Positions 1 to 10,338 are shown, numbered from the stretch's first letter. The stretch: DNA of 64,000 nt from Eledone cirrhosa (GCA_964016885.1 OZ024742.1:341372001-341436000); one strand, 5' to 3'. Numbers and translations are program-made. The notes: generated by a model not told the origin, from the sequence alone.

Positions 1-342
1 ACAATCAATTAAACAGAATTAGGTGTAAAATAAACTAGGAGAAAAGAAAATACATTTATTTACCTCGACCATGGTTTCGTCCGAATTTTGAGATTTCCAA
101 TAACTTCGGAAACTCGAGCATCGGACTCTTCAGGAGTTTGCTCTAATCTAGACAATAAATTTTCCAAAGTGATCGCGCCAAGAATACATTCAAAAATGGC
201 TAAGAATCGTGACGTAGCAGCGGTCAGGTTGGAAGGAGTGTGGTAGTTGCTTACGGCTGGTGGCTCTTTGCTAGAAAACACAGCACAATACAGCCAAATT
301 TGTATCTCAACCTAATGGGAGATTATTACATATAAAGGTTTA
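1..342 (-). mobile_element. Penelope-like terminal repeat (pLTR) fragment carrying a hammerhead ribozyme
   Basis: Contains a complete type I HHR (64-136) and ends at a (TA)n tract at ~343; cut by the window edge. Confidence 0.6.
64..136 (-). ncRNA. Type I hammerhead ribozyme, canonical core
   Basis: Minus strand reads ctc-CTGAAGA-gtccga...tcggac-GAAA-CCATGG-TC-gag. Stem I is 3 bp; stem II is 6 bp plus the extension gagtttcc/ggaaatctc; helix III is palindromic; cleavage triplet is GUC. Confidence 0.85.
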
Positions 343-483
343 CATATATATATATATACATATATACATATACGTGTTTTGCAACGGATCACTTTGTGGT
401 TTCGATTTTTTATATGGTTAATTATGCTAATTGGGAGAGGAAATGGTATATATTTTATCTGGTGATTCTATAGACATGTTTTA

Positions 484-486
<3 letters not shown>

Positions 487-551
<65 letters not shown>
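487..551. repeat. (TA)n microsatellite
   Basis: Direct reading. Confidence 0.98.
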
Positions 552-554
<3 letters not shown>

Positions 555-1180
555 TAAAGTTAGTCCTTCATCAGTGATCTTCCAACCATCATTGGTATTT
601 CATCGCTTTAAAGACCATATACCTCCGGGTGGTGCGAGCAACGGCTAAAAAAAGTCGTTGGGACACGTAAATAAAGGGGACACGAGTGTAAACAAACAAA
701 GATGGTGAAGCAACGAAAAGTGAGGAAGAAGGAGACAAGTCCCAAATTTCTATGAATATAAATTCGGTGAAATCGTGAACGAGAGAGAATAAAGACCATC
801 AAATCTGGTTGGAATGTGAGCAAGGAAGGAATTCCGTACAGGTCTAACGGGAGGAAGAAGGGATCTAGTCTGTGATTTCCGTGAACGTAAGTTCTGTGAA
901 ATCGTAGACGAGAAGAGAAAAAAAGCGACCTGCCAGACCAAGGGTGCGAAAGAAAAGAATTACGCACAGGTCAAACGGGAAGAAGGATGAGGAGGAGAGG
1001 TAGTAACAGAGAATGACTGAGTGAAGGGTGAGGAAGAGGCTAACAGAGAGAGTGACTGCTAGAGAGGGTAAAGATACAGAGAAAGAGAAAGCAGTAAGAA
1101 CGAAATAGACGGGTCACAGCGGGGGAAAAAATATGTGTAAATATGAGAATAAACGTGCCGCGTAGTTGCTAATGGGTTAC
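552..1180 (-). mobile_element. Probable PLE terminal/UTR fragment, same family as 9755-9998
   Basis: Bounded by (TA)n on both sides. Minus strand gtctttaaagcgatgaaataccaatgat...CTGATGAaggac...tttattcata aligns with plus-strand 9874-9960. The HHR core is truncated by the TA tract. Confidence 0.5.
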
Positions 1181-1205
1181 ATATATATATATATATATAT
1201 ATATC

Positions 1206-1255
<50 letters not shown>

Positions 1256-1304
1256 TGTGTGTGTATATATATATCTGTCTAATTAGCTATTTATCTCACT
1301 CTCT

Positions 1305-1342
1305 CTGACAGTCTGTTTCACGCTGGTTGGCGTTCATCAGAG
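1305..1342 (-). ncRNA. Candidate minimal hammerhead ribozyme (weak stem I)
   Basis: ct-CTGATGA-acgc-caacca-gcgt-GAAA-CAGACTG-TC-ag. Core and stem II are perfect; stem I is only 2 bp. Confidence 0.55.
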
Positions 1343-1553
1343 CCACGTACTCACACATATATATATATATATATATGTGAAGACAAACATAGAATATTCG
1401 AAAATATTCTGTATGTTTATAATAAACATTTTGAAGACCTAATCGCTATAGAATAGAATACGTCACGTATTACAATTTGAGATTCTCGATAAAAGCAAGG
1501 GAAGTAACCTACGCGTTTCATTCTTATTAGAAATCATCAGGATTACTGGATAT

Positions 1554-1596
1554 GTAATCCTGATGATTTCTAATAAGAATGAAACGCGTAGGTTAC
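1554..1596 (+). ncRNA. Type I hammerhead ribozyme, copy 1 (inverted copy on minus strand at 1504-1546)
   Basis: gtaatc-CTGATGA-tttctaataagaat-GAAA-CGCG-TA-ggttac. Confidence 0.8.
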
Positions 1597-1841
1597 TTCC
1601 CTTGCTTTTATCGAGAATCTCAAATTGTAATACGTGACGTATTCTATTCTATAGCGATTAGGTCTTCAAAATGTTTATTATAAACATACAGAATATTTTC
1701 GAATATTCTATGTTTGTCTTCACATATATATCGCTATTTCAGAGCATTAAATCCAAATTCTAATTTCTGCCGGACCGGCAACCGCTCTTTCAAACCAGTT
1801 CCTGTACACAGCTAAGTATTCTATAAGTCTCTAGCTGTGTT

Positions 1842-1930
1842 ATTCTCGATAAAAGCACTGGATATGTAATCCTGATGATTTGTAATAAGAATGAAACGCG
1901 TAGGTTACTTCCCTTGCTTTTATCGAGAAT
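1842..1930 (+). ncRNA. Type I hammerhead ribozyme, copy 2, extended stem I, C>G change in stem II
   Basis: Same core. attctcgataaaagca (1842-1857) pairs perfectly with tgcttttatcgagaat (1915-1930). Stem II reads tttgtaataagaat. Confidence 0.7.
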
Positions 1931-2153
1931 CTCAAATTGTAATACGTGACGTATTCTATTCTATAGCGATTAGGTCTTCAAAATGTTTATTATAAACATA
2001 CAGAATATTTTCGAATATTCTATGTTTGTCTTCACATATATATCGCTATTTCAGAGCATTAAATCCAAATTCTAATTTCTGCCGGACCGGCAACCGCTCT
2101 TTCAAACCAGTTCCTGTACACAGCTAAGTATTCTATAAGTCTCTAGCTGTGTC

Positions 2154-2242
2154 ATTCTCGATAAAAGCACTGGATATGTAATCCTGATGATTTCTAATAA
2201 GAATGAAACGCGTAGGTTACTTCCCTTGCTTTTATCGAGAAT
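2154..2242 (+). ncRNA. Type I hammerhead ribozyme, copy 3, extended stem I
   Basis: Core at 2178-2220 plus a 16-bp outer stem 2154-2169/2227-2242. Confidence 0.82.
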
Positions 2243-2406
2243 CTCAAATTGTAATACGTGACGTATTCTATTCTATAGCGATTAGGTCTTCAAAATGTTT
2301 ATTATAAACATACAGAATATTTTCGAATATTCTATGTTTGTCTTCACATATATATCGCTATTTCAGAGCATTAAATCCAAATATATATATATATATATAT
2401 ATATAT

Positions 2407-3020
2407 AACGAAGGAGGTGTGGTAAGGAACTAGATGGAGCATAACGCACCGGAGTACTCAATACTTAGGGCTGTAGTGTGAGTAATAGGAAAATGTTTAA
2501 CCCCTATGGCAGAGCTCAAGCTGTTTCGACGGCTATTTCTGGACAAAATTAGAATTTTTAGCGTGATAATAAATAGCCGAACTTTTCAAGGGGTAATTCC
2601 TTATATGGGAAGATTGTGGTTGTCAAAAGGATTGGTCAAAATTTCTTGTAAACACAATTAAATCTTTCATGGCAGTGGGTGTGTGGTAGGGGTGGCTGAT
2701 CTTGCCTGTAGAACAACGAGGGAGTGGGTGGAGCCGGTCAAGCGTTGAAAGTGAATTCTATACCGCAAATTCTAAGGAGTGTATATGAAATTAGGCTAGC
2801 TAGGAAGCAGGCGAAAAAAGATTCTGGGGGAATTTGAGAGTGGGATATTATAGAATTAAAAGATTAATAAATTGAGATTAAAAGATAACTAAAAAAAAAT
2901 TAGAAAAAAATAAAAATAACAAAATTAAATAGTAAAAAGTAATAAAAATCTCTAGAGTCTAAAGCAGCTGCTATATTTTTAGTTGGCATTGCATTTTCGG
3001 CCAATGATATATAAAATTTA
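2407..3020 (-). mobile_element. Decayed PLE 3' terminus, same family as 10111-10532
   Basis: 2407-2555 aligns with 10336-10475. Minus strand has a degenerate HHR-like TTGAAAA-gttcggctattt...aaatagccgtc-GAAA. Right boundary approximate. Confidence 0.5.
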
Positions 3021-3124
3021 CTGGGGTGGGGGTACTGAGGCTACAAAAGCCCGATGGGCTGCCTCGGGGTAGGCGAAAGAGGAAAAAGGAAAAGGGGGAG
3101 GAGATGGAGTGGAAGGAAGTGATA

Positions 3125-3240
3125 AGAAGAGATAAAGCGAAAAAGAACCTCGGCAGGATTTGAACTCAGACCATAAAGGGCCGTAACTCTTTGCTGCAAA
3201 GCATGGCGTCTGACCCTCTGCCGATACTGCCAATCCACTG
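3125..3240 (-). mobile_element. tRNA-derived SINE 5' fragment
   Basis: Minus strand: A-box-like ggattggcagtatcgg and B-box gagttcaaatcc; homologous to 5315-5497. Confidence 0.7.
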
Positions 3241-3757
3241 AAAATAATGCCTGGACAAACTAAATACCCAGAGACGCCTGCTGCATGGAAAACAATTAGA
3301 AAATTAGGTGTTAACATATTTAATGTATTTGAATGGATAATTAAGTATTAAAGTCACTGACCAATCACTTATTTAAATATCTCGGCTTTGATATCAAGTG
3401 AAGCATTCTGCGTTCTTGTTGAATTGAGGTAGAAAAACGTTTGATGTATTTATATGTCGGTTTAGAAGAGCCGGAGATTAGTAAATGTTGGTGGACGAGT
3501 GTACTGATTTAGAGTAGGAGGGCTTCCAAAGTTCCCGCTTATATTTGGTTGGTGTGTGACCTTGGTGAGAAAATTCAGGTTAGGTATTGGTGGGAGTAGT
3601 GGGTGGTAAGGAGGGAAAGCCTTGAACCTATCCAAGGTAAATCAAGAAGAAACTAGGAGGAAATAAGTTGGTTACATCTCAAGGTTGTTTCAAATATCAT
3701 CTTGAAGAGCACACTGTGCTACAGGGGCAGGTTGGAAATATAGAGGAGAAGGTGGAG

Positions 3758-3988
3758 ATGATGGTGATGGTGATGATGATAAAGAGGAGGATGGTGGTGA
3801 TAATGATGATGGTGATGGTGGTGTTGATGATAAGGAGAAGGATGGTGATGATGATGATGGTGATGGTGATGATGATAGTGGTGATGATGATGATGATGGT
3901 GATGGTGATGAGAAGGATGAGGATGATGATGTTGATGATGATGATGTTGTTGAAGAAGAAGAAGAAGAAGAAGAAGAAGAAGAAGAAG

Positions 3989-4018
<30 letters not shown>
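3758..4018 (+). repeat. Degenerate (GAT/GGT)n followed by pure (GAA)n microsatellite
   Basis: Direct reading; (GAA)n at ~3952-4018. Confidence 0.95.
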
Positions 4019-4019
<1 letters not shown>

Positions 4020-4439
4020 TCAATAACTAATGTCCGCCCTCACCAAAATAAAAATTATAATAACAACAAACACAACAAAGCCACAGACCAGAACAGAAAC
4101 GCCCCCACCCAGTCTGAACTGTGTAAACCAATCAGCGATAAATATAGGACTAATGGCGTCCAGTATTGAATCTCTTACAAAGTGAATAGAAATTGAGAAT
4201 GAATTATCTCAAACTCCTGAGACTGGTATTGTTTCAGATATCAGGGGTTTTCTCATTTGGGAATGTTTATGTTTTGTATGGATTAGTATCGTCCCTTAAC
4301 TCTTTCTTGGAGTCGTAAGAGCGCCGTAGTGACATACATCGTTTCTTGGGCATATTACGCCTGGTGATTCTCATCCGTCGCCAGGCCTGAGTACAGCAGA
4401 TTACTTCCAGAGAAGGATAGATAGTGAAAGGGAGCAATT

Positions 4440-4630
4440 GGGAAAGAGATACAGAGGAAGAATCGATTCCAGTACAAGATAGGTACTTTTCTTTTCGACC
4501 TCGAAAGGATGAAAGGCAAAATTGGCGTCGGCGGGATTTGAACTCAGAGAACAGAGAACTGTGCTGCTGAGACTGGGGTGACCCTTGCAAAGGTTTGCTG
4601 AACACACAAGCCGAAACCTCTTATCGCCGC
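4440..4630 (-). mobile_element. tRNA-derived SINE
   Basis: Minus strand gagttcaaatcccgccgacgccaattttgcctttcatcctttcgaggtcgaaaag...agtacc: B-box plus the central domain shared with 5315-5497. Confidence 0.75.
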
Positions 4631-4637
4631 GGTAGGG

Positions 4638-4689
<52 letters not shown>

Positions 4690-4696
<7 letters not shown>

Positions 4697-4864
4697 AAAA
4701 AAAGGAAAAGAATGTCTTCACTTGTAGTTCTAAATAATTTGATTTCATTTTATATTATAATATTATAAAATTAAATCAAATTATTTAGAACTACAAGTGA
4801 AGACATTATTTTCCTTTTTTTTCAAATATACCTAACTGTACCAAGGATCTGACACATTTTCCAA
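4690..4864. mobile_element. Short fold-back element in (TA)n
   Basis: ~65-bp arms (4690-4755 / 4763-4830) in inverted orientation plus a 35-bp unpaired tail; (TA)n on both sides. Confidence 0.7.
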
Positions 4865-5314
4865 TATATATATATATATATATATATACGTGTCCGTGTG
4901 TAAGTCTGTGTTTATCTCGTAAGTTAATAGCAGACTTGAAAAATGTAAATAATTACTGGCAATACGATTACCTATATTCCATCAAAGAGTGCTCTAGCAT
5001 GGCCACAGTCCAATGACAGAATTACTGCTCGGAATTGATCTTACGACCATACGATTTTGAGCTGAACACTTTAACCATTAAGCCAAGCGCCTTAAAAATG
5101 TTAAAGAAAACGTTTTAAACCATGAAAATGTATGCCCCACCACCTTTGATTATACATGATCTTATTCTCTCTCAACTTAGACTAATAAATTGATGTTTTC
5201 CTTTTGGTTAACTTTATTCAGCGTTAATGATCCAGGAAGGGCGAAATGCAGTGGTGACCTCTGTGAGATTTGAATTGAGAACGCAGAGAACCGCTTTACA
5301 TTATTTGTTTACAT

Positions 5315-5497
5315 GGCGGTGAATTGGCAGTATCGGTAGAGGGTTGGACGCCATGCTTTCTAACATAGTTATGTCCCTTTACGGTCTGAATTCAAATTCT
5401 GCTGAGGTTAACTTTGCCTTTCATCCTTACGGATCGATAAAATAAAGTACCAGTAATGTACTGGGTATTTGCTGGCCTTGTGCCAAAAGTAGAAACA
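5315..5497 (+). mobile_element. Full-length tRNA-derived SINE with target-site duplication
   Basis: ggcggtgaattggcag (A-box), gaattcaaattc (B-box), core tttgcctttcatcc...gataaaataaagtaccagt. 15-bp direct repeat attatttgtttacat at 5300-5314 and 5498-5512. Confidence 0.85.
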
Positions 5498-5975
5498 ATT
5501 ATTTGTTTACATGTATGTATAACCTTAAAATAGCTGACTAAACACACATCTGTTTTCCTCCAATAAAGATTAAAATTCCGTTTCTTCCTCTTCTACTTTA
5601 CTTGTACTTGTGGCGGCGTTCACCTTGGGTAGGTTGAGCCGGCTCCATTCAAGGAAATCACAGTGTATGTTCATTTCAATGGAGTTTCTTCAGGGGATTC
5701 ATTTCACAAGCGGTACCCAGCCATAAGTATATGTACTTTAGGATAGTGCAATCTAAGCATTGCATTGGTTATAGCACTGAGTTCTTGCTTTCACACCCAA
5801 TCAAATCTGGTGGAGCCAGGGCCATGACAGGGATGCATGGGAGGGAGTTTGGCCAGCAGAGATGATAAACACAACCTATTTGAGCTATTTCGTAAGCCCG
5901 TCATACAGCCCAGAATACCAACCATATTCAGATGCACCCCTATCTTTTTATTCCCTCGTCTATCTCTCAGTTTAA

Positions 5976-6009
5976 CTTCTGATAATCAACTAACGACCGA
6001 AACGTCAAG
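5976..6009 (+). ncRNA. Degenerate hammerhead relic in a pLTR-like fragment
   Basis: ctt-CTGATAA-tcaactaacgacc-GAAA-CG-TC-aag. G8 is mutated and stem II is eroded. Confidence 0.4.
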
Positions 6010-6347
6010 ACTTTTTAAAAATTAACTAATACATATTATCATTGCACAGTATTGTCCTCCTGTGTTATTTTTCCTCTTTTATCTTAATGCAGTATATATC
6101 CTAAACGGACGGTAGTCCGTTTAGTAATATTGTTGTGGTCGTGTTTTCGTTGGCAATCGTCTGTTTACGACAGTACAGCGCGGCTCTACTTTATTTAACT
6201 GGGATAAAACTTATATGAGCATGAACAGTAGATCATTACGCATCTTTTGGCTTAAAAATCTAGAAATTTGGTCCAGCGGGAAAAAGTTTATAATCAAAGT
6301 TTGCTGATAAATCTTGTGTTCAAGTAAGTGAGTAGTAAGCGTGACGC

Positions 6348-6478
6348 TAGGGGAGGTAATCCAGAAATGACGAATTTTTTTCGGCGGAACTCTTGTGATT
6401 GTGATTACGTTAGTCAAATGTAGTCAAATCGCCGAATCCCCTCCTCCTAATTGACTACGTCATTTCTGAACGGCCCTA
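6348..6478. mobile_element. Possible decayed MITE
   Basis: Imperfect terminal inverted repeats taggg...cagaaatgacg / cgtcatttctg...cccta. Confidence 0.35.
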
Positions 6479-6910
6479 CTTGCGTCAGTGTGAAACATTA
6501 CTTCACTTTTCACTGCTAAAATGCTTTTTAAATACTTCGTTAAAAATTTATGTTTATTATCAAAGCTATTTTTTGTACCAATCTATCAATAGTTTGCGAA
6601 AATATAGGTAAACATGTGAGTTAAATTTTTTTAATCGCATCGATCGCTTTGTCGCACCGACTGTGACACTGTCTGACTGACACCTTTGTCGGATCGACAC
6701 CTTTGTTCAAGCGGACAACTTTGTGTCACTGACACCTTTGTTCGTGCCGGCACCTCTGCGAAACACCGATGACAACAACCAGACCAAATTTTCACTTCAT
6801 TCTTCATTCTTCTTCAAGACCGATCGCCGACCGATCGTATTGGTTGCTCTTCATATACCAGGTATTCAACAGATAGTTTGCACTTCTAGTATTATTAACA
6901 GTCGTGCGAT

Positions 6911-7022
6911 TTTTTTGTACCGATAGGTGCGAATAGTGCGTTATATTTTTGTACCGATAGGTGCGAATAGTGCGTTATATTTTTGTACCGATAGGTGCGA
7001 ATAGAGCGATAGGTGCGAATAG
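6911..7022 (+). repeat. 34-bp minisatellite, ~3 copies
   Basis: gtaccgataggtgcgaatag at 6917, 6951 and 6985. Confidence 0.9.
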
Positions 7023-7254
7023 TGTACAATATTTTCTGAGATTTGCATCCACTAATTTCGCTTAATTAAAAATGATGTTTCGCGGCTTTTTGATCGGCTT
7101 ATTCATTTTTTCCATGGCACGGAAATGGAGTATTTCCATTTCGAATCAAAACTTTTCACTAAAATCGGGCAATTGGACTAATCAAATTCACATTCATGCC
7201 AGTTTTTACAAATCCACAATTAGAAATGTGGCGAAATCGAATGACCAGAAGGTA

Positions 7255-7869
7255 TAGAAATATTAATAATTCAAATGTATTTACTTATCATACCAACAAA
7301 AATACTTAGATATTTTGTATACCTGGGGCCCGTCATGGCCAGGTAATGTTAATCGCCAACATTGTTATCTGTTGTCCTTTTGTGAAAGTATTGGTGGTTC
7401 ATGTCGGCTCTAATGATCTGAATCCTTGTCGCACCGTTGGCACTACAAAGCTGTGCAAAGTAATACAATAATTTTTGCCCAAGTATTTTTTATTAATCAT
7501 TTATTTGTAAATTAAGGACAAAGTGCCCATTCGAGGCACAAAACCGGAAAAACAGGGGAAGAGTCTCTTTCAAGGCTACAGAAAATAGCGGAAAAGCACC
7601 ACTGTACACCCATTTTCTACAGTGGTGTCATTCCACGTCCACAAAGTGTAATTGAAAATAAAAATGACTTGGGCAAGAGAAATTCTCGTTTGGAAAAGTT
7701 TAATTACTGCATGAAAGAAATGATTCAAAAATTGAACTTGCCCAATCTTCACAACATTGAAAATTGGTCAAAATTTGACAAATCTGACATCAAACCAGAT
7801 ATGATTCATTTGAACAATGTTGGAAATCTTAAATTGACACAAATTTTTGCCAATGTTTTTGCCACCTGA
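7255..7869 (+). pseudogene. SGNH/GDSL-type hydrolase (esterase) pseudogene, probably transposon-borne
   Basis: Translation gives IFCIPGARHG (block II), KVLVVHVGSNDL (block III GxND), TPIFYSGVIPRP and KPDMIHLNNVG (block V DxxH). Block I GDS is eroded. In-frame stop at ~7307 and a possible short GT-AG intron at ~7460-7516. Confidence 0.75.
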
Positions 7870-8049
7870 TCCTTGTTCTATGGCTGACTGACTAATTTTG
7901 TGACTTAATAAAATGTCATCATACTAGTAATGCACAATAGTCATTTTTAAATTTAAATTTTATTAAATAGTTGTTGCTTGCATTGCCTTAAAATAGTAAC
8001 AAGAATGTACACATACTTTTTAAAAATACATCATTATCAGTCAAATCAG

Positions 8050-8409
8050 TCAAATGTCACTAAAAGCCAGGTGATCGATAACAACTTCTATAAGATTAGT
8101 TACATGCTCACACATTGGATCACCTCTCATCAATGGCATTGGGTGTCTGAGATAATCGTGGAGATAACTGATGAAGTCACAAATGAAGTGATGGTCTTCC
8201 AGTGTGAAAAACTCCCTATATCCATTGATATATGTGATGGCTTCCGATTCATAGGTGCATTTTATGAGGAATTCCATGCATCCGATTTTCAGTGATTCAA
8301 TGGGTATTTTATCTGAGATGATAAGGTATTTGACCACGTTTTGCTTTGTAAGTAAATTGGAGAGAATCACTGCAGTCAAAGTCATTTCTTTGCATGGGTT
8401 TTTGTCCAT
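8050..8409 (-). CDS. Hypothetical 119-aa protein, unknown function
   Basis: Uninterrupted, compositionally normal ORF in AT-rich DNA. The ATG is directly preceded by an acceptor-like ttttaactttttag. No recognisable domain. Confidence 0.4.
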   Translation of the reverse strand: MDKNPCKEMTLTAVILSNLLTKQNVVKYLIISDKIPIESLKIGCMEFLIKCTYESEAITYINGYREFFTLEDHHFICDFISYLHDYLRHPMPLMRGDPMCEHVTNLIEVVIDHLAFSDI

Positions 8410-8682
8410 TCTAAAAAGTTAAAATGATAAAGTATTACTACTATATAACTTACATCTATTGTTGTAACACCATTGAAATGCACAAGTTTCACCAATTCAC
8501 TATTATGCACTAATCATCTCAAATGCATTCATGATTTACTAGCTTTGTCATTAAGCCAGTTGCCTCAACTAGATTGCAATTATACTCAAAAGAACTTTAA
8601 AATGTCAATCACTTGTCAGTAATTCACTATGATCATTTAATTATTAGATAGTTGTTGCTTGCATTGCCTTAAAAAGTAGTAG

Positions 8683-9743
8683 ACCAGATAGAAAAATGCA
8701 TACAGCAAAAAAAAGTAATATTGTTGGAATATAAACCTTTAAAAATACAGGACAAGAAACTAAAATAAAACTTTAAAAGAATAGGACAAGAAACTAAGAT
8801 ACAACTTTAAAAGAATAGGACAAGAAACTAAGATAAAACTTTAAAGAATTGGACAAGAAATAAAAAGTTATACAATAATATTAGTGGCAAAATTTTTTTA
8901 TTCGTTTCCTGTGCTATGCCCCAGTATCTTCTTGATTAGTGCATAATAATTGTCATGCTCTCATTGTGCGTTGCCCCTGAGCGGTTGGTTCAAGTTGGGG
9001 TAGGTTGGCTGATCAGTTCTGCTCCGTCAGAATGACCATTGCAAGAAGAATTGGCCGATGCAGCTGCAGGTCTCCTCCAAGAATGCACTTCTGGTCCCGC
9101 AACACCAGACGAAGATGGAGAAGACGACCGGGACAAGATGTCGACTCTGACCACAGACTACGGCACCTCCCTCAACCACCGGTCCTCCCTCCCTCTGTCC
9201 CGTCATCCCTCCAGTCCTCCTGCTCCCCCTTCCTGTACCAGAAAGCTGTGGCACGCATTCATCTGGACTGCCGGACTTGAACTCAAGGACAAGATGCAAG
9301 GAGAAGATGGACGGGTTGGTCAAGATCAAGGATGAGCGGGTCGACAAGACCGTCCGCTGCTGCTCAAGATCTGTGCTCATGGGCCCATGGGTCCATTCAC
9401 ATTATGCATGACACATGAGGCGTGTCGCCGAATGATGAAATAGGGGTATGGTTATGGCCCAATTGGTGTTCAAACCAGGATCAAATGATCCCCCCGGTCT
9501 GACGACGACCTCTGAATGTGGAACCCAGAGACTATGAATGTGGAACTCGATTTTTTACCAATAAAAATTTTGCCACCAATATTATTGTAAAACTTTTTAT
9601 TTCTTGTCCAATTCTTTAAAGTTTTATCTTAGTTTCTTGTCCTATTCTTTTAAAGTTTTATTTTAGTTTCTTGTCCTGTATTTTTAAAGGTTTATATTCC
9701 AACAATATTACTTTTTTTTGCTGTACGCATTTTTCTATCTGGT
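8683..9743. repeat. Inverted repeat pair (8683-8902 / 9560-9743) enclosing a GC-rich ~650-bp core
   Basis: Arms are near-identical reverse complements and contain a 33-34-bp subrepeat (ggacaagaaa...), 4 copies on the left and 3 on the right. Confidence 0.9.
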
Positions 9744-9754
9744 ATATATATATA

Positions 9755-9994
9755 TGTCTCGCTTTTCCTCTCTTTACGTTGCATTACTAACATGCTGTTT
9801 GTTTCCTTTCCTCTGTTTTCCTCTGTCCCGATAACTTAATATAGTTATCGCTCGCACTGATTTTAGGTATCTAGTCTTTAATGCGAAGAAATACCAGTGA
9901 TAATCAGCAGGGTACTGGTGACGGACATTCTTGTTTCTCGGTCTATTTTTATTCATATGTTCATAATCGCAACAACGCAGCACGCCATTTTTCA

Positions 9995-9998
<4 letters not shown>
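9755..9998 (+). mobile_element. PLE-terminus-like fragment, same family as 552-1180
   Basis: Similar to the reverse complement of 552-615; degenerate CTGGTGA core; (TA)n flanks. Confidence 0.45.
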
Positions 9999-10054
<56 letters not shown>

Positions 10055-10058
10055 TATA

Positions 10059-10110
<52 letters not shown>

Positions 10111-10113
<3 letters not shown>

Positions 10114-10303
10114 AACCAGTAAGACCCCGACGGCTGAGCTCAAGCCGTTTCGACGGCTAATTCTGGACTCCAGAATTAGCCGTCGAAGCGGCTTGTGCTC
10201 AGCCGTCGGGGTCTTACTGGTTCCTATTACCCACTCTACTACCGTAAGTATTGAGTACTTTGGTGCGCTATGGTCCACCTGGTTCCTTACCACATTTCCT
10301 TCG

Positions 10304-10338
<35 letters not shown>

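Larger units (their letters stand above)
1370..2381 (+). mobile_element. Retrozyme-like/pLTR array: inverted partial copy followed by ~2.7 tandem 312-bp units, each with an HHR
   Basis: CTGATGA at 1560, 1872 and 2184 (period 312). 1377-1546 is the reverse complement of 1554-1723 with a 7-nt spacer. Flanked by (TA)n. Confidence 0.85.

Noticed and set aside
60-281. 73-aa ORF
   Set aside because: No motif; better explained as a ribozyme-bearing terminal repeat.
3668-4030. Met/Lys-rich and Phe/Ile-rich ORFs
   Set aside because: Translations of (GAT)n and (GAA)n tracts.
5030-5095. tRNA gene
   Set aside because: Only a decayed A/B-box head of a SINE on the minus strand; no cloverleaf.
8745-8870. 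33-34-bp repeats (also 6911-7022) as a CRISPR array
   Set aside because: Contiguous tandem units without unique spacers, no cas genes, eukaryotic context.
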